A stretch of DNA of 64,000 bases from an uncultured Alphaproteobacteria bacterium (GTDB lineage: Bacteria; Pseudomonadota; Alphaproteobacteria; RF32; CAG-239), in NCBI GenBank assembly GCA_944392275.1, contig CALXWA010000003.1, forward strand, positions 31,286 through 95,285, in the 5' to 3' direction. A program made the translations under genes and the position numbers. The notes under the pieces are model-generated. The model did not search any database. It worked only from the letters and a program-made list of their open reading frames with translations, and was not told the origin of the DNA. Below are positions 40,617 to 50,183 of this stretch, one piece after another; position 1 is the first letter of the stretch; the number at the start of each line of letters is the position of its first letter.

Positions 40617-42266
40617 TTATTTAACGACATCATCATCTATCAATTTGTATAATTCAACATTTATATCCAATTTGTTAAACTTTTTTTCTCCTAAATATTC
40701 AAAATGATATCCGGCATCTTGCAACGCATCATATACGTCTTTGGTTAATACAATTTCGTTATTATAAATATGCTCAAAAATATCACTCCAAAAATCATTC
40801 AAATTCGGTTCTAATTCACTATCGTATTTTGCAATGGCACAGCAATTTCGCAAAATCAAATTGTCATTATTCGTATCATCTTGAAAACTACGTATTTCTT
40901 GAACAGCCGTTTTGGCAAATATCATTCCTAACGAAAGTTTCTTAAACTTAATGGTCGTAATCCCTTCGGCCTCAATCACATCCATTCCTCGGTATTGATC
41001 AATTAAACCCGAAAGAATTTCTCTGATACGACCACTGGTTTCTGTGGCAATTTGCTCTTGATTAGGAATGGAGCTATCTAAAAACTTCAAATCACTTTTT
41101 ACGCTGACTAGAATTGCTTTAAGTCCACCGTTTCCTTCATCTTCCTCTTCTTGTGGTTTCGGTTCGGGCTCTTGTTCATCTGTAGTTTGCGGTTCTTCTG
41201 TTTCCGGAGGAGTGGGTTCAACATCGTCAACCTTATTTTGTTCTTCCCATTTGGCAAACCCCAAATTTAACAGCTCTGTCGGCATTGGACTACCTTTTAT
41301 AACATGCCCCATTAAATAGGCTCCCAGACCCGTTAAAAATACAGCGACCTTATTGTCTTTATAGGTCCGTTTGGCCTCATAAAAACTTTCTAAATCCGCA
41401 TCGTCTCCATCTACTAATTTTAAGGCTTCAAATAAAATGGAGTTAGCTTCCGCTATATTTAAACGACTATGTTTGGCTACCTCTAAACACCCACCATAAA
41501 CAATCAATTTAACACCAAATTTTGAAAAACTGCTTTTCAAAACAATATCTGATTTTATTTTTCCGATAACGTCGCTTAAAAAACTTATGATGTATTGCTT
41601 AAACTCCGTTGATGCTTCCGGATACACCGGTGTTACTATCGGATCAACATCGTCATTAAGGTTATATAAATCAAGCAGATTTTCGGTTTTTTCATAAAAA
41701 TCTTTGCGAAAGATTTTTTTGGATGCACTGCTTCTTGAGGTAAAGACATACCATGGAACATGTTTTAAAATTACCGGGATTGCAATCAACATGAAGATGG
41801 CAAAAAAGATAATAAAGGTTGCGGTGCGGGAATCTTCAAAGGTTATAAAATTTTCAACAATCGGATAAATAAGTGTCGTTAAAAAGTTCGTTACCGCCAA
41901 ACACAGAAAAATTAAAACTACAAAACGAAATAAGGCAATAAATATTTGCGATGCTTGACCAGAATTATTTTTATTGGCTTCTTGTACAATTTCTTCTTCA
42001 TCTTCGTCTTTTAAGAAATTTTGAAAACCTAATATGCTGTTTTTATCTTTTTTTCCGTTTAAGTTGCTTACATATTCGACGGTTTCTTGATAGGAGTTGT
42101 CTAAAACATCATAAATTTCTTTGATGATTTTGACTGTAACTTTGCTTTGTTCCAGCTCTTTTGCCAGATTAAAAGCCTCGTACCGAGATTCTTCATCAAA
42201 TCTGTTTTCTAACTGCCAACCGCGACCTCTGTCCGTGTAGACTTCAAAATGTGAAATTTTTACCAT
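40617..42266 (-). CDS. Hypothetical membrane protein, about 549 aa, with two central TM helices and an acidic Pro/Glu-rich linker
   Basis: Start set to the ATG at 42266 (MVKISHFEVY), which has an AAGG RBS. The ORF-track ATG at 42299 lies inside the rpmE terminator hairpin. Confidence 0.4.
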   Translation of the reverse strand: MVKISHFEVYTDRGRGWQLENRFDEESRYEAFNLAKELEQSKVTVKIIKEIYDVLDNSYQETVEYVSNLNGKKDKNSILGFQNFLKDEDEEEIVQEANKNNSGQASQIFIALFRFVVLIFLCLAVTNFLTTLIYPIVENFITFEDSRTATFIIFFAIFMLIAIPVILKHVPWYVFTSRSSASKKIFRKDFYEKTENLLDLYNLNDDVDPIVTPVYPEASTEFKQYIISFLSDVIGKIKSDIVLKSSFSKFGVKLIVYGGCLEVAKHSRLNIAEANSILFEALKLVDGDDADLESFYEAKRTYKDNKVAVFLTGLGAYLMGHVIKGSPMPTELLNLGFAKWEEQNKVDDVEPTPPETEEPQTTDEQEPEPKPQEEEDEGNGGLKAILVSVKSDLKFLDSSIPNQEQIATETSGRIREILSGLIDQYRGMDVIEAEGITTIKFKKLSLGMIFAKTAVQEIRSFQDDTNNDNLILRNCCAIAKYDSELEPNLNDFWSDIFEHIYNNEIVLTKDVYDALQDAGYHFEYLGEKKFNKLDINVELYKLIDDDVVK

Positions 42267-42282
42267 TCTATACCTTTGTCTT

Positions 42283-42320
42283 AACAAAAAAACCTGCATC
42301 TATTCTAGTAGATGCAGGTT
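42283..42320 (-). terminator. Rho-independent terminator of rpmE
   Basis: Hairpin aacctgcatctattctagtagatgcaggtt followed on the minus strand by UUUUUUUGUU. Confidence 0.6.
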
Positions 42321-42363
42321 AATAAATGGTATAAGCCCGGTAATAATCTCCGGTTAATAACAA

Positions 42364-42594
42364 TTAGTCTTCAGTTTTAAGACCAAATGCACCAAATTTA
42401 TTCTTAAATTTAGACAATTGACCACCTGTGTCAACCAAACGGCGAACACCTGTCCATACCGGGTGAGATTTCGGATCAACTTCGAGGTTGATAACATCAC
42501 CGGCTTTGCCCATGGTGGAACGTGTTGTAAACTTTGATCCGTCTGTCATGACGTATGTAATTTCATGATAATCGGGATGAATACCTTTTTTCAT
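42364..42594 (-). CDS. rpmE: 50S ribosomal protein L31
   Basis: [19 protein letters not shown]... is the canonical L31 N-terminus. Start at the ATG at 42594 with an AGGAG RBS. The ORF-track start adds 8 residues. Confidence 0.85.
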   Translation of the reverse strand: MKKGIHPDYHEITYVMTDGSKFTTRSTMGKAGDVINLEVDPKSHPVWTGVRRLVDTGGQLSKFKNKFGAFGLKTED

Positions 42595-42696
42595 CTTTAA
42601 AACTCCTGAAAACTTCAATTAACGCATAATTTTTATGCTCTTATACATTAGACTCTTTAATTAAGCAAGCATTATTTAAAGATTTTTTTAATTTTT

Positions 42697-43686
42697 TTAT
42701 TTTAGCTCTTCCAATTCAACTAATCCAGCCTTGTCAGAACCCTTATCAACATTAATTACTTTTATGCTGAAGTTCTTATATCCTTTTTGCAGTAGGTAAC
42801 CTCTAACTTCTACCGCCCGATTTAGGCAAAGACGTTTTTTCTTGAAGGCATCAACGCCATCTTCTTCATTGTAGGAATAGATTGCAATTTTGTTTTCTTT
42901 GGGGTCGCTGAAAGAAGCAACGGCCGAATCTATCTGCTGTTTTTGCGCAGCGGTTAGCTCATATTCCTCTCCGATGAATTTAACTTGCAATAAGGAATCC
43001 TTTGCTTTTGCGGATAAATTTTCGTCTTTGATTGTTTTATCAGAAGGGGTTTGCACTAAGGGACGGATCGGTTGTTCCGGAGCGGTCGGTTGAGCTGACG
43101 TTTCTTGCTTTCCATCAGAGGATTGAGCTTCCGGAAGCGGTTGCGTCTTTACTTCTTGTGTATTTTTATCTTCTGCTTTTGTTACGACCTCTACCTTTCC
43201 GATGGCTTCACTTTGCGTTACCGACGGAGAAACCTGATCGGCATTTGCGGGGGCCGATTTTTCCTCTACGGAAGTGCTCGGTTGTGTTTTTGCAACCGAA
43301 GCCTTATTATCAACCTGGGTTGGCGTTGGTTGTGGACTTGCCGGTTCTACATCAACCACAACGACCTTTTCTTCTGATGGCTGCGGAGCAACTTTTATTT
43401 CCGGAGCCTTTGCGGTTGATTTTACCGGTTCGTCTTTTTGGACTTTTACGACTGCCTTTTTCTTAACCGATTTTTTTGGTGTTTTTTTCTTTTTTACGGA
43501 AACGGTCGGAGTTTTCTTTTCCGGAGCCTTATATTCCGGGAAAAGAGGCATTGTTGCGGTATATGTTGTGTCTGACAAAGAATCAAGAGCTGACAAATCG
43601 ACATAAACATCGTCTGCTTTTGCATTATGAAGACCACCTAAAATCATTATTCCGGCGGCAACAGCTACATATATCCGCTTTTGCAT
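42697..43686 (-). CDS. OmpA-family peptidoglycan-associated protein with a Pro/Lys-rich linker
   Basis: Signal peptide. Lys/Pro-rich low-complexity middle. C-terminal OmpA-like motif (LCLNRAVEVRGYLLQKGY). Confidence 0.6.
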   Translation of the reverse strand: MQKRIYVAVAAGIMILGGLHNAKADDVYVDLSALDSLSDTTYTATMPLFPEYKAPEKKTPTVSVKKKKTPKKSVKKKAVVKVQKDEPVKSTAKAPEIKVAPQPSEEKVVVVDVEPASPQPTPTQVDNKASVAKTQPSTSVEEKSAPANADQVSPSVTQSEAIGKVEVVTKAEDKNTQEVKTQPLPEAQSSDGKQETSAQPTAPEQPIRPLVQTPSDKTIKDENLSAKAKDSLLQVKFIGEEYELTAAQKQQIDSAVASFSDPKENKIAIYSYNEEDGVDAFKKKRLCLNRAVEVRGYLLQKGYKNFSIKVINVDKGSDKAGLVELEELK

Positions 43687-43702
43687 TTTTTCTCCTTCTT
43701 TC

Positions 43703-44467
43703 CTATTTATTCATCAACTCGTGAATTTTTTTACCTAAATCGGCATTAACGGCAATGATATTTCCGCTGGCAAGAACTGCGGACAAATTGTCCGTACGAA
43801 TATCTTTTTGATTCAATTCATAGACATATCCGCCGGCTTCTTTTACCAATAACATTCCTGCGGCAATAACGGCCGGAGCATTGCCCTTAGATACAGAAGC
43901 ATCTAATCTACCGGATGCAACCAGAGCCAAATCTAAGCTAACGCAACCGCTCAAGCGTTCTTCCACAGCCATCGGCAATACCATTTCTTTGTTGCGACCA
44001 ATTAATGCTTCTGCCAAATCTTTACGTGCCGAAACACGTAAACGTTCATGATTTCGGAAACCTTCTTTGAAAGCCCCCTGTCCTTTCTCGGCAAAATACA
44101 AATCCGAGGTTGCCGGATTATAGATGACACCGGCCGTTATTTGGCCTTTTTCAACCACGGCGATTGAGATGGAAAAACATGGTATTCCATGAATAAAATT
44201 GGTTATTCCATCTAATACCGAAACCAAGAAAAAAGGAGCATCGGGCTGTTTTTGGTCATCAAAAACAACCGCATAATTCGGACGCCCCTTTTGGAGCTCC
44301 ATCCGAATATTTTTAGCGGCTCTTTCCTTAGCAGCAGCAACAAACTCTTTATGCCCTTTAACGGATGTTTGCAGTTGTTCAATTTCGCTAAAATCGCGGG
44401 AAAGCGGCGTTCCGATCTTTTTGACCGTATTTAACAAAAAATTTAAATTGGCAGAAACATAAGACAT
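43703..44467 (-). CDS. suhB: Inositol monophosphatase family protein (SuhB-like)
   Basis: DGITNFIHGIP and WDxAAG-like (VIAAGMLLVKEAGG) IMPase motifs. Confidence 0.75.
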   Translation of the reverse strand: MSYVSANLNFLLNTVKKIGTPLSRDFSEIEQLQTSVKGHKEFVAAAKERAAKNIRMELQKGRPNYAVVFDDQKQPDAPFFLVSVLDGITNFIHGIPCFSISIAVVEKGQITAGVIYNPATSDLYFAEKGQGAFKEGFRNHERLRVSARKDLAEALIGRNKEMVLPMAVEERLSGCVSLDLALVASGRLDASVSKGNAPAVIAAGMLLVKEAGGYVYELNQKDIRTDNLSAVLASGNIIAVNADLGKKIHELMNK

Positions 44468-45030
44468 TATTTTGCTCTTTCAACATAAGATGCATCTGAA
44501 GTGGCAACAACAATTTTATCCCCAACACCAACAAACGGAGGAACCGTTGTTCTGACACCGTTATCCAAAATTGCCGGTTTATAAGAGGATGATACCGTTT
44601 GACCTTTAATAACCGGTTCTGTCTCAACAACTTCACAAATTACTTGCAACGGGAGTTCTACAGAAATCGGACGACCATCAATTACACTTACTTTAACTTC
44701 CATTCCATCTGTCAAGAACGGACGAGAATCGCCTAAAATATCAGATGGCATGGTAAATTGCTCAAACGTTTCACTTTCCATAAACGTTAAGCCGGAAGCA
44801 TCTTCAAACAGAAATTGGCAATCTTTGGTTTCAACCATCATTTTTTCGACCATGTCTTCTGTTCTGAATCGTTCGTTGGTTTTGGTCCCTTCTTCAACGG
44901 ACTTCATCTCTACTTGCATAAAAGCACCGCCTTTTCCGGGTTTTACAAAATTTGTTTTCAAAACCGTCCATGGTTTATTTTTATACTCGATAACCCAACC
45001 AACTCTGATTGAACCTGCTTGTTGTTTCAT
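44467..45030 (-). CDS. efp: Elongation factor P
   Basis: 187 aa. KPGKGGAF loop carrying the conserved modified Lys. Three OB/KOW-like domains. Confidence 0.9.
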   Translation of the reverse strand: MKQQAGSIRVGWVIEYKNKPWTVLKTNFVKPGKGGAFMQVEMKSVEEGTKTNERFRTEDMVEKMMVETKDCQFLFEDASGLTFMESETFEQFTMPSDILGDSRPFLTDGMEVKVSVIDGRPISVELPLQVICEVVETEPVIKGQTVSSSYKPAILDNGVRTTVPPFVGVGDKIVVATSDASYVERAK

Positions 45031-45097
45031 TTATTTATTCTCCTAAATTTTTCTATTTTATCATTTTTTATAGGCAAATTAATCCAAAGTTTGTTTT

Positions 45098-45613
45098 TTA
45101 GCAACCAAAATTTTTATAATCCTGCGAATTTATAATCAAGAAATCCATCGGATACGAGGCAATATCTTGAAGGGAAGAATCATAGATAAGGGCTGATTGG
45201 ATTAAGAAAAGTTCATTATACCAACGAATAACGTCTTTTGCTTTGGCCTTTTCCTCTGCCTTAAACTTAAAGGCGATAAACTCCGGTTCCGCCTCTCCGG
45301 CAAGCATTGCCTCATGCCGGCGTGGACAGATAATAACGCCGAGTACTTTTTTGTTGCCGATAAGCTCACGCGACTTTTTGATTTGGCTCTTGAGCGGTTG
45401 TTGCAAATCCGGCTCGGTCACAACCCCGTCAAAATTCAGACGGCGGCAAAGATCTTCTGCCCCTGCTCCGATAAGCAACACCAGCTTATCTTTGCGGTCA
45501 AATCGTGAAAGATAGGTTTCGCCCAATGATGTTTCAAGCAGATAACAACAAATTTTGTCATCTTCATAAACTTCATCCGAACAGGTATTAATTTTGAGGA
45601 TAATTTCAGGCAT
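45098..45613 (-). CDS. Thiamine-phosphate synthase-like (TenI/ThiE-fold) protein, divergent
   Basis: Weak resemblance to ThiE around ...LNFDGVV... and ...EAEPEFIAFKF.... Conserved position beside efp in alphaproteobacteria. Confidence 0.35.
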   Translation of the reverse strand: MPEIILKINTCSDEVYEDDKICCYLLETSLGETYLSRFDRKDKLVLLIGAGAEDLCRRLNFDGVVTEPDLQQPLKSQIKKSRELIGNKKVLGVIICPRRHEAMLAGEAEPEFIAFKFKAEEKAKAKDVIRWYNELFLIQSALIYDSSLQDIASYPMDFLIINSQDYKNFGC

Positions 45614-45699
45614 AACTATGATTTTCGCTTGTAAAACTTTTACCAGTTATTATTATGTTTTGAATAATAAGCGAATATTTTAATTTTAGGAAGAAAAAT

Positions 45700-45975
45700 T
45701 TGCAAATGAGTGATAAAAATTTTGATTTACCGCAAATTAACCAGGCTCTGGCCGATCTCAGCGAGGTGATTATTGAACTCAATAATGCCGTCGCGGCTAA
45801 AAAAGCTGAAATAAAAAACAGTGCAAAAGCAACTGAAAATCAGCTTAAAGAAAAAGATGCAAAATTAAATATTTTGCGGGAATCTTCACAAAATGTTTTA
45901 GACAATATCGGAACAATTATCACAAAACTTGATAAGGTATTAGAGAACAATGGCTCAAGTAACAATAACAATTAA
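45700..45975 (+). CDS. DUF4164-like coiled-coil protein upstream of zapA
   Basis: Small coiled-coil ORF overlapping the zapA start. Arrangement typical of alphaproteobacteria. Confidence 0.45.
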   Translation: MQMSDKNFDLPQINQALADLSEVIIELNNAVAAKKAEIKNSAKATENQLKEKDAKLNILRESSQNVLDNIGTIITKLDKVLENNGSSNNNN

Positions 45976-46294
45976 TTCTCGTGAATATATGGTCGCTTGC
46001 GAAGACGGGCAAGAACTCCGTATCATTCAATTGGCAAACCTTTTGGATGAAAAGGCAAAAATGATTACCCAAAATGCCGGACAAGTTAATGAAAACATGC
46101 TTTTGGCCATGGTTGGTCTTTTGGTTGCCGATGAATTAAGCGAGCTGAAAAAAAACGCAAAAGCATCAACTCCGGTTGTCGAGAAAAGTCTTGATGATGA
46201 GCGAATCCGCGAAATTGATACCCTTGTCGCCGACAAAATAAAATCGTTGCAAGAACCTTTAAAAACACTTGCCAAAACAATAAATATATTATAG
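45950..46294 (+). CDS. zapA: Cell division protein ZapA
   Basis: MAQVTITINSREYMVACEDGQELRI... matches the ZapA N-terminal domain and is followed by a coiled-coil. Confidence 0.7.
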   Translation: MAQVTITINSREYMVACEDGQELRIIQLANLLDEKAKMITQNAGQVNENMLLAMVGLLVADELSELKKNAKASTPVVEKSLDDERIREIDTLVADKIKSLQEPLKTLAKTINIL

Positions 46295-46299
46295 GATAT

Positions 46300-46505
46300 C
46301 CGCATAAAGGGGAAGCTGAGTGATGCGTATTTCCGCAGGTCTTCCGAGCCAACATTATTTTTTAGGGAGTTGTCACTGTACAAATCGTGGTTTGTATATA
46401 CGATGCCCACTTTGTTAGCCGCGGTTCGATAAGAATGTAACTAGTACGGTCATCCGGCCTCTCCGATTTCTATAACAAACCCCGTTGACTTCAACGGGGT
46501 TTTTC
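46300..46505 (+). ncRNA. ssrS: Candidate 6S RNA (SsrS) with an intrinsic terminator
   Basis: ORF-free region immediately 3' of zapA, the conserved 6S locus. A 5' segment GGGGAAGCUGAGUGAU can pair with a 3' segment GUCAUCCGGCCUCUCC (about 14 of 17 pairs counting G-U), giving a long closing stem. Ends in the hairpin aaccccgttgacttcaacggggtt followed by TTTTT. Confidence 0.4.
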
Positions 46506-46528
46506 TGTTATGAAATGATAAGATTTTA

Positions 46529-47326
46529 TTGAAAGGACAGAAATTGAAAATCATTTATTGCGGAGATATTGTTGCCCGGCCGGGAAGAGAAGCCGTCTTA
46601 AACAACATCAGAAAATTACAAGACGATTATAAATACGATGTGCTTATTCTTAATACCGATAATGCGGCTCATGGATTTGGCACTACTCCCGGAATTTGCC
46701 GTGATTTTTTAGAAAATGGAGCGACCGCTCTTGTTACCGGAGACCATGTTTGGAACCAACGCGAGATTATTCCTTTTCTGGATGAATGCAAAGTTATTGT
46801 TCGTCCCTTAAATATGCCCGAAAACCTTCCCGGAAAAGGGTATCGGGAAATTGAGCTGGCAAACGGCAAAAAAATCTTGGTCATTGAGGTGGTCGGACGA
46901 TTGTTTATGGAAGCGGTTGATTGTCCGGTTCAATGCATTGATAAGGTCTTGAAAAATTATACCTTAGGTAAAAATGTTGATGCCATTTTTGTTGATATCC
47001 ACGCGGAAGCTACGGCCGAAAAAATTGCATTTGGGCATTATTTAGACGGGCGGGTTTCTGCCGTTATCGGCTCCCATACCCACGTTCCTACTTCGGATAT
47101 CATGATTTTTCCAAACGGAACGGCTTACCAAACCGATGCCGGAATGTGCGGAGATTACAGTGGCGTTATCGGTTTTGAAAAAGAGGCCCCGATTGAGCGT
47201 TTGTGCCGTCGTTATACCGGAAATCGACTGGTCCCTTGTAAAGGAAAGGGAACCCTTTGCGGAACCTTTATTGAAACCGACGACAAAACCGGTTTGGCAA
47301 CCCATATTGAAATGATTAAAATTTAA
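46529..47326 (+). CDS. YmdB-like (TIGR00282) metallophosphoesterase
   Basis: N-terminus (M)KIIYCGDIVARPGR and the GDHVWN motif. TTG start codons at 46529 and 46544; the second has a GGA RBS. Confidence 0.7.
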   Translation: MKGQKLKIIYCGDIVARPGREAVLNNIRKLQDDYKYDVLILNTDNAAHGFGTTPGICRDFLENGATALVTGDHVWNQREIIPFLDECKVIVRPLNMPENLPGKGYREIELANGKKILVIEVVGRLFMEAVDCPVQCIDKVLKNYTLGKNVDAIFVDIHAEATAEKIAFGHYLDGRVSAVIGSHTHVPTSDIMIFPNGTAYQTDAGMCGDYSGVIGFEKEAPIERLCRRYTGNRLVPCKGKGTLCGTFIETDDKTGLATHIEMIKI

Positions 47327-48465
47327 TGATGCAAAATAATTTCGCTATAATCCGGTATCGGATTACCGATTCCTTGAGTTAGTTCGTCTGCTTTAACAAA
47401 ACCCATCTCCCCGTTGTCAATCATTATCCGCGACCAAATTTCATCCGGACTTTTTCCGGTCAGGCGGACCGTAGTTCCGGCCGGAGCTTCTTTCAAGACA
47501 TCAAAATCTTCTGACGGGCCATACATAATTTTTGTTTTTTGGTTAAGATGATACAGTTTTGAATCATCTCCTTTATCAACGGGAATACTCAAAATTTTGC
47601 TGACAACAACATCATCTACCGTTTGTCCGCGACTGCCAAAATCGACTTCTTGATAATAAATAATTTCTTTAGGTGAAGAAAAATATTTTAGTAAAATATT
47701 TTTATCAATCGCGGCGGAAACTTTTGCTAATCCCAAAGCCATCAGCAAACAAAGAGGGACTATCAGTTGCACCCCTTTTAAGGCCGAAAAATTCCACTTT
47801 TGTGTTGATACGGGACGAGCATTTGCCAGAGTTATAAATTTTTGCAAAAGTCCTTTTTGTTCTGCATCGGCATAGGCAAGAGCCAATGAGGCTGACTGTA
47901 CCGCCAGCGGAATATTTTGTTTTTGCCAATAAGCTACCGCGTTATGGGTTAATAATCTTAAATTGTCCGTTTTTTTATTGACCTGAGTAAAATTTTGCTT
48001 TAAGGCTCGACAATTTTTAATCCAGGCTGTCGGAGACCACCACCCCAACAACCAGTTGGCAGCGGCTTTTTTACCTTCTAATTGAAAAGCCTCTTGATAA
48101 TTGCAAATATATTTTTCCGTTTTAACTCTAGTTTTGTAAAACAACCCGCGGACATCCGTTATTGTTAAAACACGAATATTCCCCTCTTGGCTTTGTGACG
48201 TGAAGGGTTCTATTAATGCAATATCCGGGTATTCGGATGCCGGATAAACCATTGACAGCATATCATAAATTAGGCGTTTTTTTTCATCTTGCAGAACTTC
48301 ATAGGCTGTTGACAATTTTTGAAAAATTTCCATAGCCTGTGGGGAATTGTTGTAGTCCGGATGCCATTTTTTGGCCAGTTCTCGATAATTTAATTTTAAT
48401 TGTTCGGCACTGGTTAAAGCATCCGCATTTAAGATGGAATAGTATCCCAAAGCATCTTTCATCAT
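47323..48465 (-). CDS. J-domain (DnaJ-like) membrane protein with a C-terminal SH3b-like domain; last gene of the flhA-flhF-flhG operon
   Basis: N-terminal J domain with HPD (ELAKKWHPDYNN). Hydrophobic segments (LIVPLCLLMALGLAKVSAAI). C-terminal region with an SH3b-like pattern (TTVRLTGKSPDEIWSRIMIDNGEMGFVKADEL). ATGA overlap with the upstream ORF. Confidence 0.55.
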   Translation of the reverse strand: MMKDALGYYSILNADALTSAEQLKLNYRELAKKWHPDYNNSPQAMEIFQKLSTAYEVLQDEKKRLIYDMLSMVYPASEYPDIALIEPFTSQSQEGNIRVLTITDVRGLFYKTRVKTEKYICNYQEAFQLEGKKAAANWLLGWWSPTAWIKNCRALKQNFTQVNKKTDNLRLLTHNAVAYWQKQNIPLAVQSASLALAYADAEQKGLLQKFITLANARPVSTQKWNFSALKGVQLIVPLCLLMALGLAKVSAAIDKNILLKYFSSPKEIIYYQEVDFGSRGQTVDDVVVSKILSIPVDKGDDSKLYHLNQKTKIMYGPSEDFDVLKEAPAGTTVRLTGKSPDEIWSRIMIDNGEMGFVKADELTQGIGNPIPDYSEIILHH

Positions 48466-50183
48466 ATGTATATACCGTCTGCGATTTTGGCTTCTGTTGC
48501 CTCATGAATATTGATAAATTTTTCTTGTTGGTTAATTTTGAGAGTTCCAACATAATTCATGTTATATAACGAAACCTTAAATAAATTCATAACTTCTGAA
48601 CAAAAATCTTTATCCATTGCTCTGCTGGTGCGGATGACTAAATCCAAACGGCGTTGTTTGGGGAGGGCAAAGCCATCAAACTGGAAACGTCCCAGTTTAG
48701 AAAAATCTGTTTCAACCAGAAAGCGACGCCCTGTTTTTTTAGAATCGGAATTTTGGTTTTGTTCTTCTTCCTCTTTATCTTTTTTGACGGCAAGGCTGAT
48801 TTTACTTAACTGGCTTCCGTCAAAAAAGGGAATTTCCACACTCCGCCAAAGCTGATTTTCTTTTACGGAGGTCGTCAGAGATTGAGTTAATTGCGAAAGA
48901 ACCTCTGTCCCTTGAGGGCTACGGGTTGTTATTTCTTCAACAAGATTGTGCCCCAACCATTTTTCAATATTGCCGGAAGTCGCCGCTTTGTGAAAATTTA
49001 TTAAATTGGAAAGCATTGACCGATTTGGCATCGGAATTTTGTTTTGGATTTTTCCCATCAGGTCCGAATTTTTCAGCAATGCAAAAATCTCAAAAATCCC
49101 GTTTTCTTTTGAGGCAACACCTGATGTCGCATTGGTGTTTTGCATTAGCGGAAGTGTGGTGGAAAGAAGGGGATTTTCGTCTCCTTTTATACGATTAAAC
49201 AAATTCAATTTTTCAACCAATCCGCTTAAATTTTGCATAAAATCTTTGCTTGGTTCCGGAGATGGATTTTGCAAAAGAAGCTGATTATAATTGTCCTTTA
49301 GTTCCAGAATAAATTTTACGTTTTCGGGTAATTTAAGATTTGTTTCGGGCAAGAGCGTTCCTAAAGGGGTTTGCAAAACCGTTGTTTGGTTTTTGACAAC
49401 CGAAACCGCCGGAAAAAGTTGTTGTAACAACGTCTGTTTTAGCTCGGCAATTTTACCGTTTCGTGTTTGAGGATCGGCTGAGACAAGAGCTTTCAAACTT
49501 TGGTGCAAGGCAGACATATCTATTGATTTTTCTGCTGAGGTCGGGATATCAATTTGCTTTAGATTGACATCGACACTTATTCCCGAAAAGCTTTGCAGAA
49601 TTTGGTTTCTGGCTTCTTCTGTCAGTGGGTAGGGCTGCAACAATTCTCGAATGGCGTTTTCCATTTTGAGCGGAACAATACGAATATTTGATACCGATGT
49701 GTTTAGCTCTTTAATAATCGGAGGCTCTGATTTTGAGAGCGGCAATGGATCCGTTGATGCTCCGGATTGGGAGGAAAGCGGCAGGTTGGGACGTGTATTT
49801 TTTATACCGGAATTTTCTAAAAAAATTTCGGGCTTTTGATTATCAATGGAAGCGACTTGAAATTGTATTTTGCCGTTTTCGGGAGTTGAGGTGATTTTTG
49901 CTACCAGGACATGTTCTAAGCCGGCGGTCAATTTTAGTCCGCTGTTTAGGCGTATATCCACAGGAATTTCCGTTCCGCCAATGTTTAAGTTTACCGGAAG
50001 CTTCGTATTAATCTCCAACAAGGAGGTATTATTTATGATTTTTAAAATCAGGCTATCGCCTTTGGTCAGTTTTGCTGCCAATTCCGGAATCTCAATAATA
50101 TGCCCGGTCAGTGTTTTGTCCGAACTGATTAAAGAAATATTTTGACCGGCAATTGAGCTAATTGTTGAATTGTCCATCGGCAA
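48462..50183 (-). CDS. Hypothetical 573-aa protein encoded between flhG and the J-domain gene; candidate flagellar accessory protein
   Basis: ORF only. Overlaps the flhG 3' end and the downstream gene start. No Flg_hook, EAL or other recognisable motif. Confidence 0.35.
   Translation of the reverse strand: MPMDNSTISSIAGQNISLISSDKTLTGHIIEIPELAAKLTKGDSLILKIINNTSLLEINTKLPVNLNIGGTEIPVDIRLNSGLKLTAGLEHVLVAKITSTPENGKIQFQVASIDNQKPEIFLENSGIKNTRPNLPLSSQSGASTDPLPLSKSEPPIIKELNTSVSNIRIVPLKMENAIRELLQPYPLTEEARNQILQSFSGISVDVNLKQIDIPTSAEKSIDMSALHQSLKALVSADPQTRNGKIAELKQTLLQQLFPAVSVVKNQTTVLQTPLGTLLPETNLKLPENVKFILELKDNYNQLLLQNPSPEPSKDFMQNLSGLVEKLNLFNRIKGDENPLLSTTLPLMQNTNATSGVASKENGIFEIFALLKNSDLMGKIQNKIPMPNRSMLSNLINFHKAATSGNIEKWLGHNLVEEITTRSPQGTEVLSQLTQSLTTSVKENQLWRSVEIPFFDGSQLSKISLAVKKDKEEEEQNQNSDSKKTGRRFLVETDFSKLGRFQFDGFALPKQRRLDLVIRTSRAMDKDFCSEVMNLFKVSLYNMNYVGTLKINQQEKFINIHEATEAKIADGIYI

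Noticed and set aside
42697-43686. Overlapping plus-strand ORFs (144, 90 and 110 aa) within the OmpA-like gene
   Set aside because: They are antisense or alternative-frame products of the Lys/Pro-rich repetitive linker. No start signals.
48462-50183. ORF573 as a second FliK or a FlgJ/MotC homologue
   Set aside because: It lacks the C-terminal Flg_hook motif present in the bona fide fliK at 62537-63925. It has no signal peptide, so it is not MotC-like. It has no muramidase motifs. It is left as hypothetical.
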